A DNA stretch of 59,730 nucleotides, the filler included, from Dirinaria sp. TL-2023a (lineage: Eukaryota): the NCBI GenBank assembly GCA_051941275.1. It is 4 parts of 4 records of this genome, joined end to end, with 100 filler letters (N's around TTAATTAATTAA, not from the genome) between each part and the next. Parts side by side here need not be neighbours in the genome. Positions count along the whole stretch, not along the records: positions 1 to 14,880 come from JAVEBF010000574.1; positions 14,981 to 29,842 come from JAVEBF010000575.1; 2 more parts are not named here. One strand, 5' to 3'. Positions 13,062-23,841 of this stretch are shown piece by piece. A program made the position numbers and the translations under genes. Below the pieces are notes generated by a model that saw only the letters and a list, made by a program, of their open reading frames with translations, was not told the DNA's origin and ran no database searches. Numbering within the stretch: the first letter of the stretch is position 1; each line of letters opens with the position of its first letter.

Positions 13062-14638
13062 ATGAACCACGCACCACAGCAGCAGCCCAAGACACAGAAG
13101 CTCAATGGCAAGCAAGTGGCGAAACACAACCACGACAAGGACTGCTGGGTCATCATCCACGGCCGTGCGTATGATGTTACCGATTTCAAAGAAGAGCACC
13201 CAGGTGGCAAGAATATAATACTCAAGTACGCTGGCAAAGATGCAACCGAGACGTATGACCCAATACACCCTCCGGACACACTTGACAAATTTCTGGAAAA
13301 GGAGAAGCATCTGGGAGAAGTGGATGTGGACACTATCGAGCAAGAGCAGGTGGAGGAGGATCCAGACGAACAGGACAGGCAAGAGCGAATCAAGCGAATG
13401 CCGATACTGGAACAATGCTACAATCTGATGGACTTTGAAGCCGTGGCGCGACGCGTTATGAAAAAGACGGCGTGGGCCTATTACTCCAGTGGAGCAGATG
13501 ATGAGATCGTGCGCCATTGTCAAGGCAAGCTTCATTTTGTCGAGGCTAATCGGATGCGCAGACCATGCGAGAAAACCATTCCGCCTATCACAAGATCTGG
13601 TTCCGACCTAGGATACTCATAGATGTTGAAAAAATCGACCTGTCAACCACCATGCTCGGCACTCCCGTCTCCATCCCTTTCTACATTACAGCAACCGCTT
13701 TGGGAAAGTTGGGTAATCCAGAGGGCGAAGTCATCCTCACCAGAGGTGCGCACAAACACAAGGTCATACAGATGATTCCAACACTAGCCAGCTGTTCTTT
13801 CGATGAGATCGTCGACGCGAGGCAAGACGATCAAGTCCAATGGCTGCAACTGTACGTCAACAAGGACCGTGCGATCACCAAGCGAATAGTCCAGCATGCG
13901 GAGAAGCGAGGTTGCCGAGGGCTTTTCATCACGGTTGATGCGCCTCAGCTGGGGCGCCGAGAGAAGGACATGCGCAGCAAGTTTCAAGACGTTGGGTCGA
14001 ACGTCCAGGATACAGGCGGCGACAACGTCGACCGCTCGCAAGGGGCCGCACGTGCGATTTCATCGTTCATCGACCCTTCCCTGGGCTGGAAAGATATCCC
14101 CTGGTTTCTCAGCATCACGAAGATGCCTATTCTGCTCAAGGGCGTTCAGAGAGTGGAAGACGTCATCCGAGCAATTGAAGCCGGCGTTCAAGGCGTTGTG
14201 CTCTCCAACCACGGCGGCCGTCAGCTTGATTTCGCAAGATCGGGCATCGAAGTCCTCGCCGAAGTCATGCCGGTTCTACGAGAACGGGGATGGGAACACC
14301 GTATCGAGATCTACGTCGACGGCGGCATCCGACGCGCAACGGACATCATCAAAGCTCTGTGCCTAGGTGCCACAGGTGTCGGCATCGGCAGGCCGTTTCT
14401 GTACGCAATGAGCGCCTACGGTCTACCGGGGGTGGATCGCGCGATGCAATTGTTGAAGGACGAAATGGAAATGAACATGAGACTGATCGGGTGCTCGAGC
14501 GTCGATCAGCTGAACCCTACCCTCGTGGACACGAGGGGTTTGAGCATGCATTCGACTGCCGTGCCAGCGGACACATTGGGACTGGGGGTCTATGATCCAC
14601 TCGCAATGCCACAGGAGAAGGCGAAATCGAAGCTATGA
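13062..14638 (+). CDS. CYB2: Flavocytochrome b2 / L-lactate dehydrogenase (cytochrome b5 domain plus FMN alpha-hydroxyacid dehydrogenase), intron 13509-13561, C-terminal SKL
   Basis: b5 heme motif HPGG, WAYYSSGADDE, catalytic SNHGGRQLD, DGGIRR and GIGRPFLY motifs. The protein ends ...KAKSKL*. Confidence 0.92.
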
Positions 14639-14880
14639 AAGATTGAGGAATGCCATTGAGCCTTTTGGGACATGTCAGCCCACACATCCTTGGTTACATT
14701 ATGCATCTAACCCGGCCACCGTAGTCAAAGGGGCGCTGCTATACAGTAGTACTCGCATATCATTTACATACAGATCCACGACCAGTACTGCCATATTTCC
14801 CAATCTCCCCGTATGTATTCCTCTCCATCAACGCCGCCGCGTTCACCATAACCCCTTCCCCACCCCATATACCCAGGTCC

Positions 14881-14980
14881 NNNNNNNNNNNNNNNNNNNN
14901 NNNNNNNNNNNNNNNNNNNNNNNNTTAATTAATTAANNNNNNNNNNNNNNNNNNNNNNNNNNNNNNNNNNNNNNNNNNNN
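14881..14980. other. Artificial contig linker (N44-TTAATTAATTAA-N44)
   Basis: 100-nt spacer with stop codons in all six frames, identical at three places in the window. Confidence 0.97.
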
Positions 14981-15140
14981 GGCTCCGGGTAATAGTAATA
15001 TCGGGTATATAGTAACCCACAATTCCTCGCTTTTCTTATAGAAGGGAGGCAATTAATCACACACATACAAACTGCCAAACATAGGTGCAATTGACCTCAC
15101 AAACACCTTCTAAATCTAACATATTCAAAATCCTTATCTA

Positions 15141-15606
15141 TCACACCCAAAACTCCTGAACCACGTCGAGTGGATTCGCTCTGGGCCGTGCTCGTAACAA
15201 GTAGTTTCTTTCCAGACTTTGATCCTCGGAATCAACCCAAAGAGATCCTTTGCCATCGTCAATATACTCATCATCAATCATATCTTTATCAACGACCACA
15301 ACATAGCTCCGCGATTTGACGGACACACCCACATTTGTCGCGGTATTTTTCAGGGTTTTCGTCTCGCCCGCTCGGAAACGCGATAGACATAGTCGCGTCC
15401 TTGAAGTCATATGATGCATATTTGATTGAATCGGTGACCTCCGTCTTTACCATGTCTTCAACCTTCTGATAACTTCTTTTGTCTGCTTTGTTCGAGTCCG
15501 TTCGGCCTTTCGCGATTGGACTGAGATGGGCTATCGGAGTAGCTTCGGGGCCAACGATCAAGAAATCAGTGCAGCAATTGATGCCCGTAATTCCAAGAAC
15601 GTCCAT
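15141..15606 (-). pseudogene. Probable frameshifted gene relic
   Basis: Two overlapping protein-like ORFs in different frames (15289-15606 and 15141-15419), with a homopolymer tract of about 30 nt just upstream and no clear intron to reconcile them. Confidence 0.35.
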
Positions 15607-15607
15607 T

Positions 15608-15638
<31 letters not shown>

Positions 15639-15943
15639 GGGTTCCTCCATGTGAGCGAATCGTTCAACTAGTTTCATGATTACCTCGTGCTTGACAAGTT
15701 GGATTTTCTACTCTAATAGCACACCACATTCCCCATCACAAAAATGCCACACCGCCAAACAGACAAATCGTCAAAGCTTAATGATGTTAAAAAATAAATA
15801 TGACGATTGTATGATGAAGACTGAATCACGTGACACTTCACTCGATATGAGAAAAAGGATTTGGAGCAAAGTCGCACCTCAGGTGGAAAATATAGGAATC
15901 ATTCGTTCTCACCATCAGAGCATCTCAGGCCCACGTCTCTTTT

Positions 15944-16252
15944 CTATGGAAAAAGTGGCCAAAACCATCGCAATCGCCGACAAACCTGCTTGAATCTCAC
16001 TGGATCAATCCCATGACGAGAAGCGACCACCTCGAGCTTAGCATCTTTGCTCGGGTTGACCACCTCATAAAACGCCCGAACGCGAGCGAAGTAGACATCG
16101 GAAACCTCGCTCAGTTTTTCCAGTGGTATTACTGCGTGCCTCAGTTCTTCGAGCTCCTCGCTGAGGCGCGCGGGATACCAGGACGGAGCTTGATGCGGTA
16201 AACCCAAGGCCACGTACCACCATCTCACGAGCATATGTCCCGCTCGATTCAT
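15944..16252 (-). CDS. Small hypothetical protein with a MazG/HisE-like EExxE...ExxD signature
   Basis: The ORF contains WYPARLSEELEELRHAVIPLEKLSEVSDVYF...EVVNPSKDAKLEVVASRHGIDP...WPLFP. It resembles a fungal hypothetical family as I recall it, possibly with an internal deletion. Confidence 0.5.
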   Translation of the reverse strand: MNRAGHMLVRWWYVALGLPHQAPSWYPARLSEELEELRHAVIPLEKLSEVSDVYFARVRAFYEVVNPSKDAKLEVVASRHGIDPVRFKQVCRRLRWFWPLFP

Positions 16253-16819
16253 GTCTGCTGGCTGGAAAGAAAGCTGTGAGGAAGTCGTGACTTTTATCCG
16301 ACTTTTTTTGTTTTGTCTCAAAAGGATATAAAAAAAAAGAGAGAGACGCTGATTTGATAGGAGCAGGAGGGATCTGTTTAAGAAGACGTAGAGGTGCTCC
16401 GAGGAAGTTTTTCTGCAATTGAAATGGTTTGTTTGGTGTGGTTTTGGGGGTGTACTGCAGAAGCATATAAAGTTATATACTTGTAGTTTTCGTTGCCAAG
16501 TAAATGTTGAGCTTCATGTGAAACAATTCTTGCAGAGACGTGTGTCGTGTTCAACATGATGTGAGCTTCTTCAAGGACTTTAACTGCCTTGGAAGTTTGA
16601 CTGACGATCGTCAGCATTACTGGCATCGAAACAATGATCCTGTCATTTTCAGATCGTGCACTTGAGGTGATAATGATAGTGTAATGAAAACGGGCAACAT
16701 ACTAACAGCACAGGTAAAAAGTTTCCTGGGAGACTGAGAAAATAGTAGAGTCTTTCAGGTTTTGTGGTCGAATTCCTAGCGATCACGATGTTCCTGCTTT
16801 CCCAAACCCTTGCTCTGAA

Positions 16820-18388
16820 TTAAGCGAATGAAAACCGGCCGTGCTCGATGGCATCGCGCAGCGTCCAAGGAGGTTCATCGTAATAACCGTTGGTGTTCAG
16901 AGCCCTGTCGATCTCCAATGCTTCCATGGTTCCTCTCGGTATAAGATCCAGGACTATCCCTGCCTCATCGAACTCTTCCACGATCTCGCTCTCCCACAGA
17001 TCGTGGGCAACAGATAGTTTGAGACCAACCACGCTCAGCAAATGGAACCTACGAAGACGCTTCAGCTTCTCTTCTAGGAGCAAATCTAGGATTTGTGTTA
17101 AGGCCGCTGTTGAGAAGGGTCGCTTTTGGTGATAATTGTATACAAAGAGCATTATGCTTTGCACGGATCCTGGCAGTAGACTGCCTAGTGTATCTCGATC
17201 GATTGGATCTCCATCGAGTAGAAGTGGCAAATCTATGACTAGAGTCTTCAGCACTTTTAGATTTCGAAGCGAATCGATGAAATAATCGCCGTAATCATAA
17301 GTAAAATTAAATCCTTGATTCCTCGGAGGCACGCCGAAAGGAAATCTTGAGCGGGTTTCAGAATCGGTAAGCGATGACTCGTCATCTGACGAATCTTCTT
17401 CAGGCTCTGAGACAAACTCAAAGTCATGATCCACATCCCAATCGTGCCGAACAAGCTGCAAATATTGTATTGAATTCCGAGCGGATTCTAATAATCCAGT
17501 CCGGACTCAGTACAAATCGGGGTATGCCGCACCATAGCCATCTTGAAAGACGTAGCTAAAGCATTTTAGGCCTCGCGTAGATTCGATAAATGAATGCAGT
17601 ATCTTGGATTCAATATTGCATCGCTCGAAAATTACGACGTCGAGCGAGCATTTTCTTGTTGTCGGACTTATCATCATCGTACTTCTGTCGGCTCCCAACC
17701 CAGATCCTCGAATTCTACGCACCGATGGGATCTGAGCGAAACGAATGAACGTGTCAAATGACTGCCATTCATGGCATGTGACCTCTACAAGGGCCAACTT
17801 GCTCAGGAACCCTCGGTCAGATCTGTTGCGGATATGATCCAATGCAAGGTGTAGGAGAGTTTGGTCATTGACCCCTCCCTGCACGCTTCGAGTATCTATT
17901 ATTATCTCCTTGAGGTTCGGAAGATATAAGAGCAGTAGAACAATGACCGCCGCTTCATCGCCAGCAGCAAACTTTCGAAACCAGTGGCTTCTCATTGGAG
18001 GAGGCAAGTATCCTTCGGTCAGCGCAGCTTGCTTCAGAGAAGTGCTGATGGTTTTCGAATACCTGCGGCTTTCCACTGGCATGCCCGCAGTAATTCGTCG
18101 ATCGCTCCATGAAGTGACCCATCCTGCGATGACAAGATGAGCAACATATAAGCCTTTCCGGGAATCTTCCAAAACGTCGGTTAATACTTTAACAAGGACA
18201 CCGCTGTCAATCGCAGAATTTGTGGCGCGACAATACCGAGCATTCAGCCATTGATCATGCTTCAGGTGGGCATCGCTTAGCTTGTATATCAACTTGCAAG
18301 TCAAGACGAGGTTCCATAAGTCTTTGTAGAATGCATGTCTGATAACATTCGCGATCACCTCGTTCGGTAGGTCCAGCAGACGAAACAT
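16820..18388 (-). pseudogene. F-box/LRR-like gene interrupted by a single in-frame TGA (17507-17509)
   Basis: N-terminal F-box (LLDLPNEVIANVI...DLWNLVLTCKLIY). ORFs 17507-18388 and 16820-17461 are in the same frame and read ...YPDLY*VRTGLLESARNSIQYLQL.... Confidence 0.7.
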
Positions 18389-19373
18389 CCTCAGCCGCTA
18401 CAGGTACTCGTAAGAATGTTGCAGCTTAGTTCGAGGGGCTCTAGTTCCTTTGCAAGGCTTGTATTGTACCCTTCCGGTAGGCAAAAAGGCCAACATCGAC
18501 CCACTACTACACCAGCGTTTTGGCAATCAATCTCTTCTAGCAAGATATAGTCTGTAATTAGACACAAAGGACGCGAGTGTCAGAAGTTCTTTAATTGTCT
18601 TGAAAGGAAATTTGCCTTCGAAAAAAAAGATTTTCGCGTAGTCGATCAGCTGGCTGGAAGTGCTATGAGGCTCAATCGAAAAGAGAATCCCAAGATGAAA
18701 TTTGACAAGAAGCCGGCGTTATGCGCAAAATTTCGTAACCAAGATCGATGATCACCATAAAACAAGTGCAGAGAAAAATATCATTGGAGCTAATTCAGGA
18801 TAAGCTAGCCACGAGCATTGAATTATAATGTCACCAGGGCATGTTACAGTTCGAGGTAATGTTAGAGCGATCAACAACTCTGCGTACAGCAAACGAGCAC
18901 CCTCGGCACAGCGGCCCGAGCGGGTGGAAAGCGCCCCGTCGGCCCGCAAGTGCGACGCTAACCCTGAAAAATTGGAATCGTTTACTTCATCAGGTCGAGG
19001 GGCTCGAGGGGGTTCAAACAAGATACTTTAAACTTGTAGATTGCCACAGGCAGTCGTTTTCTCTGAACCTATTCAAACCTGGACAGCGATAGTTTTACTG
19101 CTTTGATCCAAAGCGAATGCTAAGCTTCGCTGACACCGTGATGTCAGCGAGTTTCCTAGATTTCAACGAAGGGTAGGCCGAATTTGGGGCAATGTCAAGC
19201 GCAGAGAGCAGGCCGCATGTTTTTAAATGCACAGGTATGCCATAGGGAGAACGCTGCACTACGGCTTGAAGCCAGACTCCCCTGCACGAGTCAATGAACC
19301 TTTGACAAGCCCACATCATGCATGTCTTCATCCCCATCATCAAGAGCCTCCCAAAGGGTACAGCATCCCAGCA

Positions 19374-20347
19374 TCAAGCATATTTGCTCACTATGGCCTG
19401 GAGTTCATCATCGTTAAGCTGCTTGATGTCCAGCAAATCGTTATCCAGCTTCTGGAAATGACTCCCGTATCCCTCGCCCCAGATGGACGCGATGATGAAA
19501 TTGTACACAAAGGCATCCGGGTTGGGGTTCTCCTTCTTAAGCTCTTCCCAGGCCTTTGCAAGCAAATCGTCAACAGCGACGACTTCCTCCTTCCATCCTT
19601 CTGACCCAGCAGCTTTCTTGCCCTTGGCCAAGAAGTCCTTCAAAGTGATGGCCGTATCTTGGACGTAAACCGCACGATTCTTCGTAGCATCCAAATTCTG
19701 AAGCACGCCGGCGACGGCCTTTCCAATGGATGCAAGAGTAGTGGTGCTGAAGACGCGATCGCCGCCGTCGTAGAGGTTGATGCTCTTTTCCTTGATATTG
19801 AGAAGAAAGCCAACCTGAACGCCCCAGTCCAAGAATGGTCCAGTGCAAACGAGAGTATAGGACAACCCGCTCGATTTCGTCTGCTCCTTGAGCCCGTTCT
19901 GAACCGCGACCTTCCCCTGAAAGACGGGCAGGGAGCTCGTCTTCTCATGTAGGGTATCGGAACCAAATTCCGATGGGATGAAGCGTTTGACGCCGGCCTT
20001 AGCAGCAGCCTCGACGAGTAAAAGCTGTTGATCGATGGAGGTGGTGGCGAGAGTAGAGACTACGGCATCTTGGCCTTGTAGGGCGGAGGTTAGCGAGTCG
20101 AGAGAGGCATAGTCAACTTTCTTGACGGCTACGGATGAGGGTAGATTGTGATTGCTGGTTTGGCGAGTCAAGACCGTGATTTGAAAGCCTACCGAGAGCA
20201 AGGCATCAAGGATTGCGGGACCAAGATTACCGGTAGCCTGTGGCAAGAAATGGTGTCAGATAGGAATAGCAGCGATCCTTGATGGAAGGGCGCGAGCCTA
20301 GAATATCCACCTACTCCGGCCAGAGCGACTTTGTTGATGAAGCTCAT
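19374..20347 (-). CDS. NmrA-like / isoflavone-reductase-family NAD(P)-binding oxidoreductase (CipA-like), intron 20238-20314
   Basis: Spliced N-terminus MSFINKVALAG/ATGNLG (Rossmann GxxGxxG), plus GVKRFIPSEFG and TGPFLDW motifs. Confidence 0.9.
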
Positions 20348-21241
20348 GTCGTTTGGTGTCTGGTCCTCTTTCGATTGGGCACGGCAGAGCGAGGAGGAGA
20401 AAATAAAAGAAGATGCTCGTTCAATGAGAGATTTGAAGCTTATAGGAGATAGAGGACTGTTATGATGAAAGCTTTAAATAAGGGGACAATGTAGGTACTC
20501 ATGGTAAATCAATGTCATGTTGGATCACATGACACGGTTGGTTTCTGGCCGTAGCTTGCTGTTGCTGACAAATTTTAACTCCACGGAGATACAGATGGCA
20601 AAGGAATTTGTAAGCACATACTCATCGACAGATCGGAAATCATGGGGAACGAGTGAAGGGTGCGGGCGCCGACTATAGGATTCCGAGTAGGTGAGGTTGG
20701 ACATTCCCGGTATGAGAGAATGCAAGGATGCAATTATGCAATGCCAAGACGTTGCACATAGTCGGGACTAGGTAAGTGACATGGAAGTGCATCAAGGACT
20801 CAAGGTGCATACCCTATTACTCCAGTGAGATCACTGCCGTAAAGGTGTAACTAATGTACCTGACCACCGAGGTACTTGTACAAGTCCTATCTGCTCGGCG
20901 CTCGCCCTGACGTTGCGCCAGGAAAGACAACCCTAACCCCAAACCAAACTCGGCAATCAGGGCTCGAGGATCAAGTGGTGAATTGGAGTAAATCTGGAAG
21001 AGTTTTGAAGACCAGAAAATCGAAGTTTGCCACGCTGTACAAATTGTGTTGTCTAATTCTTATTCATTATTGTCAGCTTCCTTCATCACCGTAGGCATGC
21101 GAGCCTTGCGCTTCCTTCCGCCTCCCTCTTTCGTTCCCCTTTCTTTGCTTCAGCATCCACTATCCATGCAAGACACGCGATCGCCTGTACCCGATATTTT
21201 GTAATTTACCCAGAATTCAAGACACCATAAGAAAAGAAATC

Positions 21242-21946
21242 ATGAAGACGTCATTGTCTTCCAAGGCTGTCATCACGAGCGAGAAGTTCTACAATGAAGC
21301 TGGCAAGCAGTACGAAGAAGCATTCGGGCATGACCCAGGCCTACTCAGGATTGACCGCAAATTCATTGATCTTCTTCCTTCGGATGCTAGGGTCCTAGAT
21401 TGCGGATGTGGTACTGGGAAACCTACAGCCCATATGATCGCGGAATCTGGCCGTGCGGTCTACGGTATAGATCAATCGAAGACTATGGTTGAGCTGAGCC
21501 AAGAGCAGGTTCCGAACGGATCATTCGAGACGGTCAACATGGTGGATTATATTCCAGCGACCGAGTTTGGCGGCATCATTGCCATGCTGTCCCTTTTCGA
21601 GCTTTCACGTGAGGAGATCACCTCGATGGCATGCAAGTGGTTCAGATGGCTTCAGCCTGGCGGTTACCTGCTTATTGGGGTCTTCGGCGCAGAAGACTGC
21701 ACGACTACGCCAGACATGTACGATTCAGATGGACAATGCGCTAGCGGCATTGACTTCATATTTATGAACCACAAAGTTAAGATGACCCTTTTTACGAAGG
21801 CTGGCTGGAAGCTCCTGCTTGAAAATTGCGGTTTCGAGATTGTACACGAAGAGACAGACGTCTTTTCCCCCCCTCCGGCTACGGTCTGCGACGATGAGCC
21901 GCATTATTTTGTCATTGCTCGAAAGCCACTCAGCAGATCGCCATGA
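21242..21946 (+). CDS. Class I SAM-dependent methyltransferase, intronless
   Basis: Motif I VLDCGCGTG, GIDQS, WLQPGGYLL. Confidence 0.88.
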   Translation: MKTSLSSKAVITSEKFYNEAGKQYEEAFGHDPGLLRIDRKFIDLLPSDARVLDCGCGTGKPTAHMIAESGRAVYGIDQSKTMVELSQEQVPNGSFETVNMVDYIPATEFGGIIAMLSLFELSREEITSMACKWFRWLQPGGYLLIGVFGAEDCTTTPDMYDSDGQCASGIDFIFMNHKVKMTLFTKAGWKLLLENCGFEIVHEETDVFSPPPATVCDDEPHYFVIARKPLSRSP

Positions 21947-22799
21947 TACCTACTAAGGCCTACCCACATTACATCACCCCCTTCGCTTTGTTGTGGATTT
22001 GGTGAGTTGATTCCAATACATAATTATTCTCCAAAACCGAGAAACTTCCTCTATACCTTACTACTGAGATTTTTGACTAACATTATTGTTGGGAAAGTGG
22101 TTGAATCGTCAAAATCTTCAACAGAGACTCCATAATATCGCTTATTGAAACCGAAGACACCGGGTTTTCAAGAATGTCGACTACAGCTCACTCACACTGT
22201 CATTTATTTTTTTCTGCGCTTGCTCTACTGAGCTTGACGATGTCGTGGCGGTGGCGGTGGCGTTGATCTTGCTCTTGCTCTGTTGAGCTCGTCCAGTATC
22301 CAGGGTCCATGGCCAAGGGACTAAGTTACCTTCCCTTGGTGACGTTCCTTCTTCACATGTCAATAGATTACCTTACATTACTTAAGGCAGCAAACTTCAC
22401 CCTCTTCCCACTTTCTAGTCCCAGATTTTGGCCGCTTGCTCTGCAACATTTCCTCTTCCTAGCCTTAGCAATCAATCCACTCACTATCTACGTCCTCGAC
22501 CCTGGCTTGCTATTCGTTATACACCAAACTTCGTCATGGACGGTACCAGATCTTCCAATGCTCAAATGAAGTTAACGAGCAGCTCTGTCCCTCATACGAT
22601 GTTGAGAACTACATGCTCTCAATCGGCCAGAGTCGGACCAATATCCTTTCAAAACAACCGCTCACGACAATCGACACCTCTATCAAAAAATTCTATATCA
22701 AAAAGACCGTTGACATCACATACATCCTCTAGCAGACTTCATCACAAGCCAATCCCTTACTCTCGACCTCAAAGCGCACGCATCCCGAGCACCGCACAA

Positions 22800-23114
22800 A
22801 TGTCGCCAGATAGCGGAGCCAAAATCCAGAAGGCTCGCCCTGCAGCAAAAGTAAAACCTTCATCGACTATACACCCATCCCCCTTGATACGTGTGGTTGT
22901 CAACAATCGCCTAGGTACAAAACACGAAATAGTATGCTCGCGATCCGATACCATTGCCGACTTCAAGAAGTTGGTGGCGCACAAGACTGGTACAGATCAT
23001 GAGGCCATTCTGCTAAAGCGCCAAGGTCAAAGGCCACTGAAGAGTTTTCTGACCTTGGAAGACTGTGAGATTGGTAATGGCAGTTCCTTGGACCTGGAGG
23101 TGGATACTACTTAG
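22800..23114 (+). CDS. HUB1: Hub1/UBL5-like ubiquitin-fold protein with an N-terminal extension
   Basis: IRVVVNNRLGTK...CSRSDTIADFKKLVA..TGT...ILLKR...LTLEDCEI...LDL aligns by eye to Hub1 (IEVVVNDRLGKKVRVKC..DSVGDFKK). No C-terminal GG. Start could be an upstream in-frame ATG. Confidence 0.8.
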   Translation: MSPDSGAKIQKARPAAKVKPSSTIHPSPLIRVVVNNRLGTKHEIVCSRSDTIADFKKLVAHKTGTDHEAILLKRQGQRPLKSFLTLEDCEIGNGSSLDLEVDTT

Positions 23115-23841
23115 CTTGAGGGAATGCTGGGTGGAGGATCTCGTGAATATAGGAAGCCGACATGACAAAATCGCTCAGAAGATGTTTAATTTGAGTCCGA
23201 ATCCATAACGTCGCCTCCATCACCGAAGATACGATCAACGATAGATCTGTGAGCGATCCCGTGGCTTCACTGACTTTTTTCTATATGGATGTATTGGCCG
23301 TCAAAATCTGCTCTGCGCACATGGTTCACGGGTTTTTTTGTACCAGAGTGACTTTTTCGAGGAAGAACGTAAGATTTACTGGCTTTCTTTTGCGAAAGCG
23401 ACTTGTGCAGTGTTTACAGGTCGCGCAAAAGGATGACGGTAGGTCAGTCTGGACAGACTTTGATGTCTACACTGTCCAGAATATCACGCTGGACAAGTTG
23501 CCCTGGGCAATCCTACAAAAATCTCTTTGCTGAGTCGTTTTGTCCTTGTCTTTTCGTTTCGTATGGTCATTGTATAGTGTGAATGCCGGAAAAACCGAAC
23601 AATTTAAGTTCGAAGGCTGGTCCGGAGCTACCGGAGATACAAAGCGTGCTAGTCTTGTTTTGGGCCAAACGTCTCGGCAGTTGTGATGGAGCCGCCGTAA
23701 GCAAAGGCCGAGCCGACCTCAGCCCACGACCGAGACCACTTTGCAGCTGCAGTCGAGACAGATTTATTCGAAAATGTCCTTACGGCTTCGATACTTACGC
23801 TTACTTGCGATATTGCGCCCGTTGCTCGGGCTTGAGCTGAC

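Noticed and set aside
14925..14936. TTAATTAATTAA palindrome repeated three times as a biological element
   Set aside because: It is always embedded in exactly 44+44 Ns, which marks it as a six-frame-stop assembly linker.
17507..17509. Selenocysteine or programmed readthrough at the F-box TGA
   Set aside because: Dikarya lack the Sec machinery, and the context (TGA GTC) is not the TGA-CTA readthrough motif.
19374..21946. NmrA-like reductase plus methyltransferase as a secondary-metabolite cluster
   Set aside because: There is no backbone enzyme (PKS, NRPS, terpene synthase), transporter or cluster regulator on the contig.
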